Source: Nitrospirota bacterium (GTDB lineage: Bacteria; Nitrospirota; Thermodesulfovibrionia; Thermodesulfovibrionales; Dissulfurispiraceae). From it: a stretch of DNA of 64,000 bases. A program made the position numbers and the translations under genes. Of this stretch, positions 1-8,946 are shown piece after piece (the first letter of the stretch is position 1; each line of letters opens with the position of its first letter). Below the pieces are notes generated by a model. That model made no database searches. It was not told where the DNA came from and saw nothing but the letters and a program-made list of their open reading frames with translations. Location of the stretch: the NCBI GenBank assembly GCA_963710375.1, contig CAVPZX010000003.1:192001-256000 (forward strand), read 5' to 3'.

Positions 1-701
1 TCGGCTGCCACATTATCGCTGCTGCGCGTCCGCCAGCGATGGCCGCTGAACGTCTGGGGCCATAGACAATAACTGCATTTAGCCGGACAGCCGCGAGACG
101 AGTAAAAGGCGACGAACGGATGGAGCAGGAACGGAATATTATACTTTGTTATGTCGAGATCACGTTTATAAGTTTCGACCGCAAACGGGAGGGAATCCAG
201 GTCTGCCAGAGGTTCGCGATCAGCATTATGTATGAATTGTCCGTTCTTCCGAAAGGTGATCCCTTTGATTGCATCCAGGCCCTTGCCGTGGGCGAACTCC
301 ACTACACTGTATTCAAATTCTTTCCTTGCAACAAAATCTATTGCCGCGGAAGCCATTAGACTCTCCTCGGGCAGGACGCTCACATGCGGCCCGACAAATG
401 CTATCTTGATGTCGGGCTTTGCAGCCTTGATCCTTTCGGCCAGGACTACGTCGCTTTTAAACCCCGGTGTACTAGTAAATACAACGACAAAATCATATGC
501 CCCGGATATTTCTATCGTTTCATCGGGGGTCACACCATGGGAAGGCGCATCCAGCAAACGGCTTCCTTCCAGCATGCCGGCCGGATAAGTTAACCAGACC
601 GGGTACCAGAATGAGGTAATTTCACGTCTGGCAGGCCAGCGTGAACCAGCGCCCCCATCGAAGTTCTCGAAAGAGGGAGGATTGAGCAGCAGTGTTTTCA
701 T
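1..701 (-). CDS. hpnJ: Hopanoid biosynthesis-associated B12-binding radical SAM protein, 5' part (runs off window start)
   Basis: Absent from the ORF track. Manual translation from ATG 701 gives MKTLLLNPPSFENFDGGAGSRWPARREITSFWYPVWL...SSRGCPAKCSYCLWPQTFSGH, i.e. the HpnJ-type N-terminus plus CxxxCxxC. Confidence 0.85.
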   Translation of the reverse strand, partial: MKTLLLNPPSFENFDGGAGSRWPARREITSFWYPVWLTYPAGMLEGSRLLDAPSHGVTPDETIEISGAYDFVVVFTSTPGFKSDVVLAERIKAAKPDIKIAFVGPHVSVLPEESLMASAAIDFVARKEFEYSVVEFAHGKGLDAIKGITFRKNGQFIHNADREPLADLDSLPFAVETYKRDLDITKYNIPFLLHPFVAFYSSRGCPAKCSYCLWPQTFSGHRWRTRSSDNVAA

Positions 702-919
702 TGGTTTTCCGTTTTTTGACACATTCCCCCCAAATATAATCTCATGATTGTGGATAGATGATTCTAGCACGTTTCACAAACCATTTTCAAAATCACTGCA
801 AGCGCCGTGCAAATATTACTCTTGCCATATTTGAATCATTTCGATTAGATTTTTCATGTGTCAATTCGTTATTATTAATAGAAGTAGCTGCTATCGTTAA
901 ATAATCGGGGGCATTTTTG

Positions 920-2197
920 ATGATCGAAGAGACGAAGCTCATGCTATTGGATTTGGTCATGTGTCTATCGGACGTCGTTGATTTAGTTGCCCCTGCTGTG
1001 GCCAATCATCACAAACAAGTGGCCTATATAGCTTTCTGTCTGGGCAGGGAGTTGGGCTTCTCAATGAAACAGCGGACCGACCTGGTGCTTGCCGGGGCTT
1101 TGCATGATATAGGGGCCCTTTCTCTCAAAGATAAAATAGACGTTTTGCGATTTGAAGACAATGGCTTCTTTAAGCATGCTGATCTGAGCTACTCGTTGCT
1201 AAAAATGTTCGAACCTCTGTCCGGGATAGCTGACATTGTGCGCTTCCATCATGTCTCATGGAAAGACATGGATAAATATGAATCAAAGGGGATCATAGTG
1301 CCGATGGATAGCCATATCCTGCATCTGGCAGACCGTGTAAGTGTGCTTGTAGACAAACGGAAAGAAATCCTCGGACAGGTCTCTGTGATATGCAAGAAGA
1401 TCGAGAAACAATCAGGAGAAATGTTTATGCCGGAAATAGTTGACGCCTTCATGAGGTTGTCTGTGAAGGAGAATTTCTGGTTTCAAGTTGCTTCCCAATC
1501 GATAAGCTCTCTTTTGATCCGGGAAATAAGGCAGTATCCAAATCAAATGGAAATTGAAATGGATGCCGAAGCACTTCTCGGCGTATCCAGGCTTTTCAGC
1601 AAAATTATAGATTTCAGGAGCCATTATACTTCAACTCACTCCAGCGGGGTTGCCGCAAGTGCTGAGGGATTGGCCAGATTAGCCGGATTCTCTGATCAGG
1701 AGTGCCAGATGATGAAGGTTGCGGGATATTTACACGATTTGGGCAAACTTGCTGTGCCGACCGAAATTTTGGAGAAGCCTGCAAAGCTGACAAAGAAAGA
1801 GATCAATATAATTCGAAGTCATACCTTCCATACATGCAATACTCTGCATTCTATCCACGATTTCGCTATGATCAATACATGGGCGTCATCTCATCACGAA
1901 CGGTTGAGCGGTGATGGATACCCGTTTCACATAAAGGCCAAAGACCTGTCGCTGGGGTCGAGAATTATGGCAGTTGCGGATGTTTTCACAGCCATTACAG
2001 AGGATAGACCGTACAGGAAGGGAATGCCTGACGAAAAGGCATTACAGGTCCTCCAGGACATGGCGGACAATTCATTATTGGATCCCGGTGTCGTATCTTT
2101 GCTGAGGCTTCATTTTGAAGAAATCAATTCCCTGCGGATAGCGGCCCAAAAGGCTTCGATCGAAGATTACAAACAGTTCCTGCATTCACCGAACTGA
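920..2197 (+). CDS. Tandem HD / HD-GYP cyclic dinucleotide phosphodiesterase
   Basis: N-terminal LHDIG domain; C-terminal HDLGK...HHERLSGDGYP...DVFTAITEDRPYR. Confidence 0.85.
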   Translation: MIEETKLMLLDLVMCLSDVVDLVAPAVANHHKQVAYIAFCLGRELGFSMKQRTDLVLAGALHDIGALSLKDKIDVLRFEDNGFFKHADLSYSLLKMFEPLSGIADIVRFHHVSWKDMDKYESKGIIVPMDSHILHLADRVSVLVDKRKEILGQVSVICKKIEKQSGEMFMPEIVDAFMRLSVKENFWFQVASQSISSLLIREIRQYPNQMEIEMDAEALLGVSRLFSKIIDFRSHYTSTHSSGVAASAEGLARLAGFSDQECQMMKVAGYLHDLGKLAVPTEILEKPAKLTKKEINIIRSHTFHTCNTLHSIHDFAMINTWASSHHERLSGDGYPFHIKAKDLSLGSRIMAVADVFTAITEDRPYRKGMPDEKALQVLQDMADNSLLDPGVVSLLRLHFEEINSLRIAAQKASIEDYKQFLHSPN

Positions 2198-2223
2198 ATT
2201 TCGTATACGTTTAAAAGGTATTA

Positions 2224-3501
2224 TCAGGAAAGTTCGGAGAGGAGCGTAATGAATGTCGTGAGATAGTCGGGATCAAAGTCGCCGGTTTCTTTTGTTTCTC
2301 TGGTCAGCAAAGTCAGTGCCATATAAGGAGTGTAAGCATACCGAAAGGGACGGGGGGTTATCAGACAATCATAACAGTCCACCATTGCGGCGATGCGGCC
2401 GAAAACCTTCACTTTTTCACCGTTGAGCCCAAAAGGATATCCTTTGCCGGACAACCGCTCATGATGTTGAAGGACCACGACTAGCGACTCTTTCTCCATC
2501 TCCTTAGCAGCTTCAAGTATTCTGAATCCCTCGATCACGTGAGTTTTCAGAAGTGAAAATTCTTCCTTGGTGAGTCTGCCCTGCTTATTTATCAAATCCT
2601 TCGGCAGTATGCTTTTCCCTATATCATGCATAAGTGCGCCTACTCCGAGCTTTTCGATTTTTCTCCTCTCGAATCCGAGTGCGGAACCGATGGCGATGCA
2701 TAAGACCGCAACATTCACTGAATGCGTATATGTATATAAATCATAAGTCTTAAGCGACATCATGTCATAAACACTGACCTGTTTCTTTAATATAGAATCG
2801 GTTATCTCAGCGACTGCTGTTCCGACCTCATCCATCTTGTCAATGACATGGGGGCTCGAAAGGACATCCCTCACCAGTATTTTCGAATTTTCTTTTAGTG
2901 AGATTGCCTTGCATTTCTGTCTCATTTCCTCGGGGATATCCGGCGATGAAAGGAGGTTGTTCAAATATTCCTTATATAAATTAATATCAGAGGTCCTGAT
3001 GGCGAGATCTCCTCTTGCCTTAAATACTCTATCGGGAATCTCTATCGGCTCTTCCACAGCGGCCTCGGCGAGTAATTCAATAAGCATATTATTGATCAGG
3101 TAAATATTGAAATTGATTTTTGTGTTTCTTATAAAGCTGCTCTTATCTATCAACAGAGTTTTATCAATGTTGTGATACATCTCTTTGTTGCGCGAGTAGA
3201 CGTAGAATTTTTCCGTATCCACTGCTTCATATTGCGGTCCGGATGAATTATCCAGGTACTCTTTAATATTTGACGGGGTGCCTTCTATATATACCGTGTT
3301 TATTCCCTTGATGTCCAAAGTCTCTTTTGTCCTCTGATCGAAAAGCGTCCATTTGGTGAAAAGATGGATAAAATTCCGGCCATCCTTCAGGTATACGTCA
3401 AAAGGGATACGTAAACCCAAAAGCAGCATGTTTGTGGGCAGCGGAACTTTTAACATCCGCGCATCCGTGGTAGTTGGGGTCTCTGTTGTTTTTTCGTCCA
3501 T
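2224..3501 (-). CDS. HD-GYP domain phosphodiesterase
   Basis: YTHSVNV, HDIGK, HHERLSGKGYP, PRPFR. Confidence 0.85.
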   Translation of the reverse strand: MDEKTTETPTTTDARMLKVPLPTNMLLLGLRIPFDVYLKDGRNFIHLFTKWTLFDQRTKETLDIKGINTVYIEGTPSNIKEYLDNSSGPQYEAVDTEKFYVYSRNKEMYHNIDKTLLIDKSSFIRNTKINFNIYLINNMLIELLAEAAVEEPIEIPDRVFKARGDLAIRTSDINLYKEYLNNLLSSPDIPEEMRQKCKAISLKENSKILVRDVLSSPHVIDKMDEVGTAVAEITDSILKKQVSVYDMMSLKTYDLYTYTHSVNVAVLCIAIGSALGFERRKIEKLGVGALMHDIGKSILPKDLINKQGRLTKEEFSLLKTHVIEGFRILEAAKEMEKESLVVVLQHHERLSGKGYPFGLNGEKVKVFGRIAAMVDCYDCLITPRPFRYAYTPYMALTLLTRETKETGDFDPDYLTTFITLLSELS

Positions 3502-3543
3502 AAATGTCCAAATATAGTGTCAGACTCAGTATACCAATTCGTG

Positions 3544-4014
3544 TCACTTCTTGCCAATTTTCACAAGGCTTTCCCTGAATACCTTGTAAAACTGGTCATT
3601 ATCGGCAATGGATTTTTTCATTGTCGCCTTGAAGTTCCGGATGTCTTTTTCATTCACAGTAATGTTTGAGCTTTTTGCAAAAGCGGTCATATTGTCGCCG
3701 GTTTTGAAGTCCTTTCCTATCAGAGCCAAAAAGATTCTCCTCCGCGCTGACATGGGCATAAACTGCAGGAATTTATAAACTGCATTGTTTTCGGGGGAGC
3801 TTCCGCCAAAGCGCTCGTTGAGGACTATGACCCCGTACTGGTTGAACTTCAGTTTTTCAAAGGCATCCTCAGCGCTTTGTGCAAACTCTATGCCGTATTT
3901 AAGCCCTTCGAGAGCAGCGTTTATGGCGCTTTTAAATTCAGCATTATCTTCGCATACCAGTGCACTACGCAGTTCCTCTTCATACTCCTCTGCATCTGCC
4001 GTACGTGATTCCAT
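3544..4014 (-). CDS. Conserved hypothetical protein with degenerate receiver-like fold, third gene of pilT operon
   Basis: ALVCED...YGVIVLNE receiver-like pattern; 13 bp downstream of pilU. Confidence 0.55.
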   Translation of the reverse strand: MESRTADAEEYEEELRSALVCEDNAEFKSAINAALEGLKYGIEFAQSAEDAFEKLKFNQYGVIVLNERFGGSSPENNAVYKFLQFMPMSARRRIFLALIGKDFKTGDNMTAFAKSSNITVNEKDIRNFKATMKKSIADNDQFYKVFRESLVKIGKK

Positions 4015-4027
4015 AGGCCTCCGTAGA

Positions 4028-5209
4028 TTAACGTTCCTTAAGCCGTTTATCGTAACTTTTATCGAGTTTCAGCCCCTCGATATCGGTTGTCTTCTCGCCT
4101 TTGGCGCCCTTGATCCTGTCGATGCCCCTGCCGACAACGGCTTTTTTAGACGCATAAGCCATGGCGGTTTCCTCAGTTATCAGCCCGTCCTGGTATAACT
4201 TGAGTATGGCTTTGTCAAAGGTTTGCATGCCATAGGCGTCGCCGGCCTCGATTAGCTCATAGAATGTCTTGCCCTCGGATTCGCCGGTAAATATCGATTC
4301 TTTCACTCTCAGATTTGTCCTCATGATTTCGATGGCCGCTATTCTGCCTCCTCCCACCTTGGGCAGCAATCGCTGGCTGACGACCCAACGTATTGTATCG
4401 GCAAGGCGGGTGCGTATCTGCTTCTCTTCATCCCTCTCGAACATGCCGACTATTCTGTTGATCGTCTGTCCGGCATCTATTGTATGCAGCGTAGAGAGGA
4501 CCAGGTGGCCTGTTTCAGCAGCGGAGAGAGCTATCTCAAAGGTTTCCCTGTCTCTCATTTCTCCGACAAGTATTACTTTGGGGGCCTGGCGGAGAGCTGC
4601 TCTCAACCCATTTGCGAAGGTATCAAAGTCTGTGCCCAGCTCTCTCTGGTTAAAGGTTGCCTTTTGGTGCTGATGGGAGAACTCGACGGGATCTTCCAGC
4701 GTTATGATATGAACGGTATTTGTCTCATTAAACAGCCGCAGGATAGCAGCAAGTGTCGTCGTTTTTCCGTTTCCGGTCGCTCCGGTAACCAGCACCAGCC
4801 CGTTTTTTTCTTGAGCTATTTCCGACAACACCTCAGGCACATTAAGTTCGGCAATGGTTGGAATGACTGTTGAGAGTCTCCTCAGCACTACGGAATACGA
4901 CCCGCGCTGTGAGAATATATTCACTCTGAACCGGGCTTTTTCCGGCAAGGCATAAGACAGGTCGCATGAACCCTGGCTTATGAGTATCTCGCTAAGGCGG
5001 CGGTCAGAGTTCACTAGGTTCAGCGCCAGGATTTCGGTCTGAAAAGGAGTCAGGTTGTCAAACTGCGCCACGCCGGTAAAAGCAACCGGCATCAACTGGC
5101 CCGAGGCCTCAACCTGCAACGGCTTTCCTACAGTGAGATTGAGGTCGGATACATCCGGCTGACTATCCAGCATCGTATTAAGGATATAATCGAGCTCTGC
5201 CCGTCGCAC
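4028..5209 (-). CDS. pilU: Type IV pilus retraction ATPase, PilT/PilU family
   Basis: GATGNGKTT, TLEDPVE, ALRQAPKVILVGEMRD, STLHT; GTG 5209 follows GGAGG. Confidence 0.85.
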   Translation of the reverse strand: MRRAELDYILNTMLDSQPDVSDLNLTVGKPLQVEASGQLMPVAFTGVAQFDNLTPFQTEILALNLVNSDRRLSEILISQGSCDLSYALPEKARFRVNIFSQRGSYSVVLRRLSTVIPTIAELNVPEVLSEIAQEKNGLVLVTGATGNGKTTTLAAILRLFNETNTVHIITLEDPVEFSHQHQKATFNQRELGTDFDTFANGLRAALRQAPKVILVGEMRDRETFEIALSAAETGHLVLSTLHTIDAGQTINRIVGMFERDEEKQIRTRLADTIRWVVSQRLLPKVGGGRIAAIEIMRTNLRVKESIFTGESEGKTFYELIEAGDAYGMQTFDKAILKLYQDGLITEETAMAYASKKAVVGRGIDRIKGAKGEKTTDIEGLKLDKSYDKRLKER

Positions 5210-5226
5210 AAAAACCTCCAAAAAAC

Positions 5227-5350
5227 AAGGTTAAGGTTGAGGTTGAGGCTGAGAAAAAACTCAACCGCCACCCCCGCAAATATTTTTTAATGTTTCTTTC
5301 TTAACCTTAACCTTAACCTTAACCTGAGCCTTAACCTAAACCTTAGCCTG
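5227..5350. repeat. Inverted arrays of hexamer repeats: (RAGGTT)n ... (AACCTT)n
   Basis: aaggttaaggttgaggttgaggctgag, then an AT-rich spacer, then ttaaccttaaccttaaccttaacctgagccttaacctaaaccttagcctg. Confidence 0.85.
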
Positions 5351-5354
5351 ATTT

Positions 5355-6428
5355 TCAAAAATCCGGAGGCGGTTCTTTCAGGAACCCCACAAACTTCTGC
5401 TTGTCAATTGACTTGTCGTAAGCATCTTCAGGGCTTATCCATTTTTTGAGCAGTAGTTCCATTATGGCGTCGTCAAGCGTCTGCATGCCGTATTTCTTAC
5501 CGGTCTGCATGGCAGAGAGAAGCTGGTGGGTCTTGGACTCCCTTATGAGATTTGAAACCGCATAGGTTATAACCAGTATTTCCAGCGCTGCGCACCTGTC
5601 TTTCTTATCTATGCGCTTGAATAGGTTTTGCGCTATGACTCCCTTTAATGACTCAGAGAGCGTCGTGCGGATCTGTGCCTGATGACTAGAGGGAAAGACG
5701 TCCACAACCCTGTCCACGGTCTTTGGCGCACTCGTCGTATGCAGTGTGCCGAAAACCAGATGCCCTGTTGAAGCAGCCTCAAGGGCAAGCTGAATGGTTT
5801 CGAGGTCTCTCATTTCTCCGACAAGGATGATATCCGGGTCCTCGCGCAGCGCACCCCTGAGCGCAGACGCAAAAGATTTAGTATGGGTGCCGATTTCACG
5901 GTGGTTGACAACGCAGCCCTGGCTCTTGTGAACAAATTCAATGGGGTCCTCCACTGTAATTATATGGTCTTTCCTCATCTTGTTGGCGTAATCGATGATA
6001 GAGGCCAGAGTTGTGGATTTCCCGCTTCCAGTAGGGCCTGTAACAAGTACCAGTCCTTTCTGCAGCATAGCAAATTTCTTGCATACCGGCGGAAGACCGA
6101 GCTGCTCAAAGGTCAGTATGTCATTGGGAATCTCCCTGAAGACTGCTGCCACTCCGTATTTTTGCCGGAAAAAATTGGCACGGTAGCGTGCAAGCCCCGG
6201 TATTTCATAACCGAAGTCGATATCACCGGTCTCCTCAAATAATTTTACCTTTTCTTCCGGAGCAATCTCGTAGAGCATAGCCTTGAGGTCGTCGTTTTCC
6301 ATGATGTTATACTGCACCCTTTGCATTTCTCCCCTGATCCGGAGTATGGGCTGGGAGCCTGATACGAGGTGCAGGTCAGAGGCGCCCTGTTCATGCATAA
6401 GCTTGAAAAAAGCATCGATCTTTGCCAT
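5355..6428 (-). CDS. pilT: Twitching motility ATPase PilT
   Basis: GASDLHL, GPTGSGKSTT, ALREDPDIILVGEMRD, NLIRE, GMQTLD. Confidence 0.95.
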   Translation of the reverse strand: MAKIDAFFKLMHEQGASDLHLVSGSQPILRIRGEMQRVQYNIMENDDLKAMLYEIAPEEKVKLFEETGDIDFGYEIPGLARYRANFFRQKYGVAAVFREIPNDILTFEQLGLPPVCKKFAMLQKGLVLVTGPTGSGKSTTLASIIDYANKMRKDHIITVEDPIEFVHKSQGCVVNHREIGTHTKSFASALRGALREDPDIILVGEMRDLETIQLALEAASTGHLVFGTLHTTSAPKTVDRVVDVFPSSHQAQIRTTLSESLKGVIAQNLFKRIDKKDRCAALEILVITYAVSNLIRESKTHQLLSAMQTGKKYGMQTLDDAIMELLLKKWISPEDAYDKSIDKQKFVGFLKEPPPDF

Positions 6429-6555
6429 TGCGCAACTCCTGAGCGAAGATATTTGTCGCTTGGAAACTAATGGTTTATATCAGACTTTTAAGGTTTTGTC
6501 AAGAAAACAACATTTAACTTGAAAGTTGTCTGGTGGTGTGATAAATTGAAATTGA

Positions 6556-6640
6556 GAGTACCGAAAAAGCCAAACCCTTTGCGAAGAGGGGGCGGAAAGC
6601 GGCGGGTCTTTGAACTGGAGATGGCCGAGCTGCCGAATGA
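6556..6640 (+). ncRNA. c-di-GMP-I (GEMM) riboswitch aptamer
   Basis: AAAGCCAAACC-CTTT-GCGA-AGAG-GG-GGCGGAAAGC-GGC-GGGTCT...AGATGGCC-GAGCTGCCGAA matches the GEMM-I layout (GNRA-capped P2, AAAG junction, P3). Confidence 0.85.
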
Positions 6641-6671
6641 TCTAGAGTGGGCAGCTCGGTTTTGTTATTTT
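6625..6671 (+). terminator. Riboswitch expression-platform terminator
   Basis: ccgagctgcc (6625-6634) pairs perfectly with ggcagctcgg (6650-6659), followed by ttttgttatttt. Confidence 0.8.
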
Positions 6672-6708
6672 AGAAACGATTTTGGGCATAAGCAAGGGGA
6701 GGGACATT

Positions 6709-7402
6709 ATGAACTATAAGGCAGCCAGTGACATACAATACGAAGACAGAATCGGCAAGGCGGGAATTGCGGTCAAAGAAGGCATCATCAGCAGCCTGCA
6801 AGGTATTAACGAGATCGAGGCAGAGATCGTAAGCCTTGTACGGAATACCGTATCTAATACCCTGCGGGCCGGCGAGAAAGTGGCAGGAGAGAGTCTATCA
6901 ATTACAAAGGACGTTGTAAAAGGCGCCATAACCGCCACAGAGGAGGTCGGCACGGGTCTCATTTTGAGCACGAAGAGCGTGGCCAAAGGCATTGTGATGG
7001 GAGTGAGCGACATGGGCGGGGATATTGTGGCTGTTGCGAGCCAGACCGTCAAGGGAGCGGTCAAGGGAGCAGCTCGAGATCGGGGCAGATGTGGCTCTTG
7101 TCGCACGGAGGGCGGTTGACGGCGTTATCGAGGCGACTAAGGAAGTCGGAGGAAACGTCACGGAAGTTGCCAAGGCTGCTGTGGGTGGAGCGATCGAAGC
7201 GGCAGGCAGCATCGGGAACACAGCAGTAAAAGCGGTGACTGACATGCTGGTGGGGGTTGTTGAGGGCGTTAAGGAGATCGGAAGAGCAGCCTTTCCGAAG
7301 CCGCGACTGGTAAAAGGATCACACGAGGCAGATTCCTCTTTTACCGAAGGGGAATTCGCCGAACCTGCGATAAGGAGGACGAGTCATAAAAAGTCGAAAT
7401 GA
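6709..7402 (+). CDS. Hypothetical Gly/Ala/Val-rich 22-aa-repeat amphipathic protein (~230 aa; +1 frameshift at ~7075)
   Basis: GGGGAGG RBS; ORFs 6682..7119 and 7025..7402 join by removing one base, and the joined protein keeps an exact 22-residue period. Confidence 0.75.
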
Positions 7403-7506
7403 ACATAATGGCTCAGCAGTGGGGACTGCCGACCCACTGCTGCCAAAAGTAGGCGCTTCTAAGCGAGAACCAGGTGCTCTATTCATAATATAGGTTCTGT
7501 CCATTC

Positions 7507-7717
7507 CTGCAATTCAGACAGTGTAAATGAAGGATATGTCTCTTACGCTCAGGCGCTACGTCCTGACAGTTCTAACGGCTTGTTCGCTACAGGCGCAAAA
7601 CTCGCCCTTCGGGCTCAAACATTGCGCCTGTTAGACGCTCACTTCGCCGAGAACTGTTACCAGGACTCCGCGATTCGCTTCAGAGACATATCCTTCATTA
7701 CACTGTCTGAATTGCAG
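7507..7717 (+). mobile_element. MITE-like palindromic element, family A copy 1
   Basis: ~36-bp terminal inverted repeats ctgcaattcagacagtgtaaatgaaggatatgtctct / agagacatatccttcattacactgtctgaattgcag; flanked by tgtccattc / tgtacattc (8 of 9 direct repeat). Confidence 0.8.
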
Positions 7718-7730
7718 TGTACATTCCCGG

Positions 7731-7898
7731 TAGTGGGCCAGTTTGCTTTTTGCTCTGTATCAATTAGCCGTTCAATTCAATCACTGGCCTGTATTGAGCA
7801 TTACCTGTGGTCGCCACTTCTATATATGTGGGCTCGGCGTTACTCGCCCACTATTGATAACCCAGGTGATACAGAGCAAAAAGCAAACTGGCCCACTA
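7731..7898. mobile_element. MITE-like element B with perfect 32-bp terminal inverted repeats
   Basis: tagtgggccagtttgctttttgctctgtatca (7731-7762) is the exact reverse complement of 7867-7898. Confidence 0.7.
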
Positions 7899-7995
7899 TC
7901 TATATTCCTCAAGCATTGACAAATATGTATAATTTTGTGTAACTTATAAGGCTTGATTAATTCGTTGTATTTATATAGTAAGGGAAGGTGTTACG

Positions 7996-8440
7996 ATGAG
8001 AACCAGATTTGCCAGGAAAAGTGAAATTGAGCGCAAATGGTATGTTGTTGATGCAAAAGACAAGGTGTTGGGCAGGTTGGCCTGCAGGGTTGCATCGTAC
8101 ATACGGGGAAAGCATAAACCCATATTTACACCCAATGTGGATACCGGAGATTTTATCATAGTAATTAATGCTGATAAAGTTAAGGTCACCGGCAAGAAAC
8201 TTGTTGAACAAGCTGTATCAGCACCACACCGGCTATATCGGTAACCTGAAAGAAACTTCGCTTAGAGACAGGATGAGTTCAGAGCCTGAGAAGGTGATAG
8301 AAGATGCCGTATGGGGAATGCTTCCCAAAAACAGGCTCGGCAGGGCTATGATCAAAAAACTGAAAGTATACCGCGGTCCTGAGCACGGGCATGCAGCTCA
8401 GAAACCAGAGTTGATAGAAATCACAAAAGTAAGGAGTTAA
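7996..8440 (+). CDS. rplM: 50S ribosomal protein L13 (apparent +1 frameshift at ~8208, probable sequence error)
   Basis: RKWYVVDA...LGRLA...[14 protein letters not shown] in one frame; HHTGYIG...[10 protein letters not shown] in the next. Confidence 0.95.
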
Positions 8441-8443
8441 TCA

Positions 8444-8836
8444 ATGGCTTCGATCAATTATAATTCAACAGGCAGAAGAAAGCGTTCAATAGCGCGGGTA
8501 AACCTGGTACCGGGCAAAGGCGTAATAACAGTCAATGACAGGGACATCGAGACTTACTTTCCGAGAGAGACGCTAAGGATGATTATCAGGCAGCCGCTCC
8601 AGCTTACCGGCACTGCAGGGAAATATGATGTGCTTGCCAGTGTAAACGGGGGAGGACTTAGCGGCCAGGCCGGCGCTTTGCGTCACGGCATTGCGCGGGC
8701 GCTCGTTGCCGCTGATGCCGACATGAAACCCAAGCTTAAAAAAGAGGGGATACTTACCAGGGACCCGAGAGAAGTGGAGAGGAAGAAATACGGCCAGGCC
8801 GGCGCTCGCAGAAGGTTCCAGTTCTCCAAACGTTAA
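8444..8836 (+). CDS. rpsI: 30S ribosomal protein S9
   Basis: [27 protein letters not shown]...QFSKR. Confidence 0.98.
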   Translation: MASINYNSTGRRKRSIARVNLVPGKGVITVNDRDIETYFPRETLRMIIRQPLQLTGTAGKYDVLASVNGGGLSGQAGALRHGIARALVAADADMKPKLKKEGILTRDPREVERKKYGQAGARRRFQFSKR

Positions 8837-8856
8837 CAATTACCGCGAGGTGGGAA

Positions 8857-8913
8857 AAAATGAAGCCACAGAGACCACAGAGATAAACTCTGAGTTCTCT
8901 GTGGCTTCATTTT
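8857..8913. repeat. Hairpin built from 9-mer CACAGAG / CTCTGTG units (possible terminator or processing stem)
   Basis: aaaatgaagccacagaga-ccacagag-ataaa-ctctgag-ttctctgtggcttcatttt. Confidence 0.75.
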
Positions 8914-8946
8914 AACACTACCCAAAAATCTGAGGGGAGATAAACA

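Noticed and set aside
5227..5350. CRISPR array or telomere-like TTAACC tract
   Set aside because: Units are contiguous 6-mers without unique spacers, there are no cas genes, and the tract is internal and paired with its complement.
6556..6640. 3',3'-cGAMP-sensing GEMM-Ib riboswitch
   Set aside because: The discriminating position aligns to G (AAG-C-C-AAACC), not the A typical of cGAMP-selective variants; alignment was by eye.
7580..7942. Similar short ORFs at 7580..7942, 39566..39787 and 16611..16832 as a protein family
   Set aside because: They are translations of the repeated palindromic element, in inconsistent extents and without RBS.
7996..8440. rplM, tyrS and hemA as pseudogenes or programmed frameshifts
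   Set aside because: Housekeeping genes with no other decay and no slippery sites; one-base removal restores normal length, so sequence error is more likely.
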